DNA from: Bacillota bacterium | GTDB taxonomy: Bacteria > Bacillota > JAAYKD01 | DNA length: 64,000 nucleotides | Assembly: GCA_963666425.2 (NCBI GenBank) | Contig: OY762825.2 | Span: forward strand, 2,272,001-2,336,000 | Reading direction: 5' to 3' | In this document: piece after piece, positions 60,017 through 64,000 of the stretch | Layout of the letters: every line of letters starts with the position of its first letter | How positions within the stretch are numbered: position 1 is the stretch's first letter | Position numbers and translations under genes: made by a program | Notes under the pieces: model-generated | Database searches by the model: none | Seen by the model: only the letters and a program-made list of their open reading frames with translations | Told to the model about the DNA's origin: nothing

Positions 60017-60997
60017 TTACTTTAAAGTCTCCGGTATTTTAATCCCCAGTTCAGCTGCGTTGGCTTCGTTGATAAACAAAGTCAGGTTACTGGCATCAAA
60101 GGTAAAGATCGGGGTGCTGGCGGGTTTGGCGCCGTTGACTAAAATATCATAGGCAATCTTGCCTGCCTGACAGCCGAGGTCATAGTAACTGATAGAATAG
60201 GTAGCGAGAAAACCGTTTTCGCACATGCTTTGCTCCGCACAGATCACCGGTTTACCGGCCGCGGTGGTAATGTTGGACATGGTCGTCACATTGGAAGCAA
60301 TCAGATTGTCGCTGGGTTCATAAAAAGCATCGACTTCGCCGCAGGCTTTGGTTACTACCGTTTGAATCTCGTTGGAGTCAGCTACGGTATAGATCTTCAC
60401 GGCATAGCCTGCCGCTTCCAGAGCCGTTTTGGCTTCATCAGCTTGGATTCTGGAGTTCTCTTCTGCAGAACAAATAACGATTCCGACGGTTTTCACAGCC
60501 GGACAGAGCTTCTGCAGTAATTCGACTTGGACAGAGACCGGATTATTGTCGGAAGCACCGGTGACATTGGCACCGGGTTTGGCGTTGGAAGCTGCCAAAC
60601 CGGAATTAACGTAATCGGTCACCGAAGTGCCGACAATGGGAATCTTAGAAGTTGCTTCCCGGGCGGCTTTGACTGCATTGGTGGCGTTTGCCATGATCAG
60701 GTCGACTTTATCGCTGACGAATTTATTGACAATGGTGGTGCAATTGGTTTGTTCACCTTGAGCATTTTGCAGATTGAAGCTGACTTTATCACCGAGTTTT
60801 TCAGTTAGAGTGGCTTGAAAGCCTTCTGTGGCTGCATCCAAAGCGGGATGCTCTGCCAATTGAATGATGCCAATCCGATAGGTTTTTGCCGCGGAAGCAG
60901 CGGGTAAATTTCCGCTATTGCAGCCGCTCAGAAAAAGAGCAGTCACTGTGAGTAATACAAAAGTAATTTTCATGATAACCGAAGAATGTTGTTTCAT
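60017..60997 (-). CDS. ABC substrate-binding lipoprotein, TrpX/Tyr-binding-like family
   Basis: Lipobox LSGC; IGIIQLAEHPALDAA, NAQGEQ, NVTGASD. Confidence 0.88.
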   Translation of the reverse strand: MKQHSSVIMKITFVLLTVTALFLSGCNSGNLPAASAAKTYRIGIIQLAEHPALDAATEGFQATLTEKLGDKVSFNLQNAQGEQTNCTTIVNKFVSDKVDLIMANATNAVKAAREATSKIPIVGTSVTDYVNSGLAASNAKPGANVTGASDNNPVSVQVELLQKLCPAVKTVGIVICSAEENSRIQADEAKTALEAAGYAVKIYTVADSNEIQTVVTKACGEVDAFYEPSDNLIASNVTTMSNITTAAGKPVICAEQSMCENGFLATYSISYYDLGCQAGKIAYDILVNGAKPASTPIFTFDASNLTLFINEANAAELGIKIPETLK

Positions 60998-61067
60998 GCT
61001 TTCGTCTCCTTAAGTGATTTATATTGATGCCAGAATGGCCACTTCCGGCAAAAATAACGAGGGAAAT

Positions 61068-61100
61068 AAAAAACAGCCCCGTCGAAACCGACGAGGCTGC
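61068..61100 (-). terminator. Attenuator terminator in the transporter leader
   Basis: GCAGCCTCGTCG-GTTT-CGACGGGGCTG-TTTTTT, 70 nt before the SBP start. Confidence 0.9.
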
Positions 61101-61122
61101 ATTTGTTTATATTACTATAAAC

Positions 61123-61260
61123 CTAGTTTGCAGGTACTCTTCGCCGATTCCAAGGCAGGCTGCTAAAATAATAAAAATAGGTATAGGAAAACAGACTTGC
61201 AGAAGAATTGCAAGCCTTGGCAGCAACGGCAACTAAATAATCAGTCGGTAATGCGTGCAT
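61123..61260 (-). CDS. Phe/Tyr-rich leader peptide, 45 aa (not in the ORF track)
   Basis: MHALPTDYLVAVAAKACNSSASLFSYTYFYYFSSLPWNRRRVPAN; AAAGGGA RBS; lies between the promoter and the terminator. Confidence 0.8.
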   Translation of the reverse strand: MHALPTDYLVAVAAKACNSSASLFSYTYFYYFSSLPWNRRRVPAN

Positions 61261-61301
61261 GGTGTTTCCCTTTCCGTTCCGGTGACAGGTGATTTTTTGT
61301 C

Positions 61302-61330
61302 AGTATAAGGCTTTGGGCAAGCGATGTCAA
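61302..61330 (-). promoter_or_regulatory. Sigma-A promoter of the leader and ABC operon
   Basis: TTGACA-17-TATACT. Confidence 0.8.
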
Positions 61331-61625
61331 GAGAAAATTAAGACCTGCACCTGTCGGATTTGCAGAAGATCAAGAGAGAATGCCTAAAAACATGTTTGCC
61401 GATGCGCTAAAAACGCCGCCAAAGTGTAAGGCAGAGAAGGGGAGCGGTGCAACGGGAGCTGGCAGGCGGGCTGAAAAGAATGTTTCAAATTTGAGGAAAA
61501 CGATAGATTATTTCTTTACAAAGCAGTCGGGTTTTGTTATGATTTATCTGACAAAGCATGATTTGCCAAACGAAATGGTCTCGGGTAAGCAGAACGAGAA
61601 ACAAACAGGAGAGGGAAAGGGGCGT

Positions 61626-62969
61626 ATGCAGATGAATGTGCAGGAAATGAAAAAAGCAGCCTGTGCCGTAATCGACCGGCATGCAGAAGAATTGATCGCT
61701 CTCAATGACTCAATCTATCGGGAACCGGAGCTGGGTTACAAAGAATTCAAGACGGCGGCGAAAATGAAGGAGCAGTTGGATCGGCTGGGTTTGAAGTACG
61801 AGGATGGAGTCGCGATCACCGGCATTATTACACCGCTCAGCGGCCGCAGCCACGGGATCAATGTTGCTGTGATGGGGGAACTGGACGCTGTGCTGGTGCC
61901 GGGCCATAAATATGCCGACCCATTGACCGGTGCAGCGCATTGCTGCGGTCACTGTGCCCAGGCGGCTTCGGTGATTGGCGTGGCAGCGGCTCTGGTGGAA
62001 TCCGGCGTGATGCAGTATCTCGACGGCGATGTGACGCTAATGCATGTGCCGAGTGAAGAATTTGTCGAATTGGAATACCGCGAAAACCTGATTCAGCAAG
62101 GGAAAATTAAGCTGTTGGGCGGCAAACAGGAGTTTATTCGGTTGGGTAAGTTCGATGCGGTGGATATTGTGCTGACGCAGCATACGCTGGGAACGGAAGT
62201 GGATGCTGCCCCCGAAGGCCAGAAAGAAACGAAGCAGATTCAGATCAAAGCCAACTGCGGTGGTGCCATCGGCAAAGGTTTTGTTGGTAAAATGATTCAC
62301 TATACCGGAAAAGCCTCTCACGCGGCGCTGCCCAGTGAAGGCATCAACGCCCTGACCGCTGCCCGGCTCGGTTTTGCCGGTATGGATGCCCTGCGGGAAA
62401 CGTTCCGCGATGAGGATGGCATCCGGGTGCATCCCATCATCACCAAAGGAGGCAATCTCGTCAATGTCATCCCGGCCGATGTGCGGATTGAAACCTATGT
62501 GCGCGGGCAGAACATGCCGGCTATTCTCGATGCTTCCGAAAAAGTCGACCGCGCCTTTAAGGCCGGCGGTTATGTTATCGGCGCCAAATGTGAGATCACC
62601 CAGATCCCCGGTTATATGTGCCCCTATGAATCGCAGGAATTGAAAGATTTGGGCTTTGAAAATCTGAAAGAGATTTTCGGCGCTGACCACTGTGAGCGCG
62701 ACGGCATCGGCGCTTCCACTGACACCTATGATGTGGCGAATCTGCTGCCCACCCTGGCTTTCCATACCGGCGGAGCCAAAGGCACCTTCCACGGCGTGGA
62801 TTTTGACATCGTCCGGCTGGATTATGCCGTATTGGACGCTGCCAAGGTGATGGTTTGCACCTTGATTGATTTGCTGGCGAATGGGGCAGAAAAAGCGCAG
62901 TTTGTCAAAGAACGCTTCCAACCTGCCTTAAGCAAAGAACAGTATTTGCATGACTGGTGCAGACTATAG
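61626..62969 (+). CDS. M20 amidohydrolase
   Basis: EPELGYKE, GELDAV, HCCGH, VPSEE, GKASHA, STD; AAGGGG RBS. Confidence 0.88.
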   Translation: MQMNVQEMKKAACAVIDRHAEELIALNDSIYREPELGYKEFKTAAKMKEQLDRLGLKYEDGVAITGIITPLSGRSHGINVAVMGELDAVLVPGHKYADPLTGAAHCCGHCAQAASVIGVAAALVESGVMQYLDGDVTLMHVPSEEFVELEYRENLIQQGKIKLLGGKQEFIRLGKFDAVDIVLTQHTLGTEVDAAPEGQKETKQIQIKANCGGAIGKGFVGKMIHYTGKASHAALPSEGINALTAARLGFAGMDALRETFRDEDGIRVHPIITKGGNLVNVIPADVRIETYVRGQNMPAILDASEKVDRAFKAGGYVIGAKCEITQIPGYMCPYESQELKDLGFENLKEIFGADHCERDGIGASTDTYDVANLLPTLAFHTGGAKGTFHGVDFDIVRLDYAVLDAAKVMVCTLIDLLANGAEKAQFVKERFQPALSKEQYLHDWCRL

Positions 62970-62978
62970 AGTGAATTA

Positions 62979-63035
62979 AAAACACGGTCGTCCCGGAGAA
63001 CGCAATTGCGCAGCTCTCCGGGACGACCGTGTTTG
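62979..63035. terminator. Long hairpin between convergent genes
   Basis: AAACACGGTCGTCCCGGAGA..TCTCCGGGACGACCGTGTTT. Confidence 0.75.
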
Positions 63036-63049
63036 ATTGCAGACCGGTT

Positions 63050-63742
63050 TTAACGCTCAGCGCGATATTGCGCCGGTGAAAGCCCGGTGGTCTTGCTGAA
63101 AGCCCGGGTGAACGCCGCATGGCTATGGTAACCCACCTGCAGCGCAATTTCCATCATCGTATAATCGGTGGAGGCGATCAGTTCCTTTGCCTTCTCGATC
63201 CTCACTCGTTTTAGGTAATTCGCCGGCGTGCAGCCGGTCTGTCGCTTGAACCATTCATTGAAGTAAGAGATATTATAATTTTCCATTTTTGCCAGCTCCG
63301 TCACGGCGATGGCTTCTTCGAAGTGTTCCTGAATATAGCGGATGGAGTTGGTGCGGTGGTTTTCAATCAGTTTGTCATAAAGGTAGTAGAAAAGATAGCG
63401 AACCGAGTTATCATTTTTCCCGCCGGAAATTTCTTCTTTGATCAACTCAATCAGCGGGATCAGCGGACCTTTGATGGGAAAAACAATCTGATTGGATAAG
63501 ATCTGCATATCTTCTTTCTTGATCATATCGTTGGGGATATTGATGGTCAGCAATTGATTCTTGCACAGGCAGCGATGCACGGTATCGGGTGGAATGAAAC
63601 CAAGCTCATTGGGCAGAATGGTATAATCGGCATCCTTGCAATGCAGATCCAGGACGCCGGCCAGGGGCAGAAAAATCTGCGCATAGGCATGGGTGTGCTG
63701 CTCGGCCGAGTCATTGAGAATATAACAGTCCAATTTATTCAT
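63050..63742 (-). CDS. AraC family regulator (cupin plus HTH)
   Basis: HTHAYAQI cupin; YLKRVRIEKAKEL, IALQVGY..FTRAF..GLSPAQYR; start MNKLD after AAGGGCGG. Confidence 0.9.
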   Translation of the reverse strand: MNKLDCYILNDSAEQHTHAYAQIFLPLAGVLDLHCKDADYTILPNELGFIPPDTVHRCLCKNQLLTINIPNDMIKKEDMQILSNQIVFPIKGPLIPLIELIKEEISGGKNDNSVRYLFYYLYDKLIENHRTNSIRYIQEHFEEAIAVTELAKMENYNISYFNEWFKRQTGCTPANYLKRVRIEKAKELIASTDYTMMEIALQVGYHSHAAFTRAFSKTTGLSPAQYRAER

Positions 63743-63877
63743 GCTGCCGCCGCCCTTCCTCGTTTGCTGCGGATTTATTTCTCGTTTTGCCGTGGTTTTT
63801 CCTCTGTTTAGAAAAAAAGCGGCGCCGGTACATAAAAAAACCGCCGAAGCGGATTGCTTGGTGGTTTTAATTGACAA

Positions 63878-63953
63878 TGGTGGCGGAAGTCGGAATCGAA
63901 CCAACGACACAGCGGGTATGAACCGCTTGCTCTGCCAGCTGAGCTACTCCGCC
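63878..63953 (-). tRNA. tRNA-Met(CAT), elongator type
   Basis: GGCGGAGTAGCTCAG...GCGGTT-CAT-ACCCGC...GTTCGATTC..CGCCACCA, 76 nt. Confidence 0.93.
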
Positions 63954-63960
63954 AAAAGAA

Positions 63961-64000
63961 TGGTTGCGGGGATAGGATTTGAACCTATGGCCTCCGGGTT
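63961..64000 (-). tRNA. 3' half of a probable initiator tRNA-fMet (cut by the window edge)
   Basis: AACCCGGAGGCCATAGGTTCAAATCCTATCCCCGCAACCA; anticodon lies outside the window. Confidence 0.75.

Noticed and set aside
61380-61625. N-terminal extension of the third M20 gene (likewise the AraC extension to 63910)
   Set aside because: Downstream starts have RBSs and match family N-termini; the AraC extension would overlap a tRNA
1-64000. CRISPR array, prophage, intact IS or anti-phage defence island
   Set aside because: No regularly spaced repeats, integrase, transposase, phage structural genes or recognisable defence genes were seen

Overview
Chromosomal window from an anaerobic Bacillota (Firmicutes) bacterium, with sigma-A-type promoters, lipoprotein substrate-binding proteins, PurR boxes and NfnAB. 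The right third is the conserved ispE-purR-rplY-pth-mfd-prsA-yabM-mazG-yabO-divIC backbone. It lacks the sporulation genes normally interleaved there and ends in two Met tRNAs. The rest is metabolic and accessory: tex, three M20 amidohydrolases, tldD-tldD-tldE, a purine-salvage ABC operon, Trk/Ktr, a UvrD helicase and nfnAB. Four features stand out. (1) An arsR-arsM-arsR operon has no efflux pump or ArsC; instead it encodes an HdrA-N-like Fe-S protein, a ferredoxin and three DGC zinc-binding domains, one fused to a lipoyl-carrier (GcvH) domain. (2) A dlt-like operon (A domain, ACP, MBOAT, SGNH protein) carries an extra PLP decarboxylase, suggesting beta/gamma-aminoacylation of a surface polymer. 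(3) An orphan GlmL/MutL-family ATPase cluster has no B12 mutase nearby. (4) An unannotated Phe/Tyr-rich leader peptide with complete attenuator architecture precedes an aromatic-amino-acid-type ABC transporter. No CRISPR array, rRNA, intact transposase or prophage was seen. Family calls come from motif recognition by eye, not from database searches.
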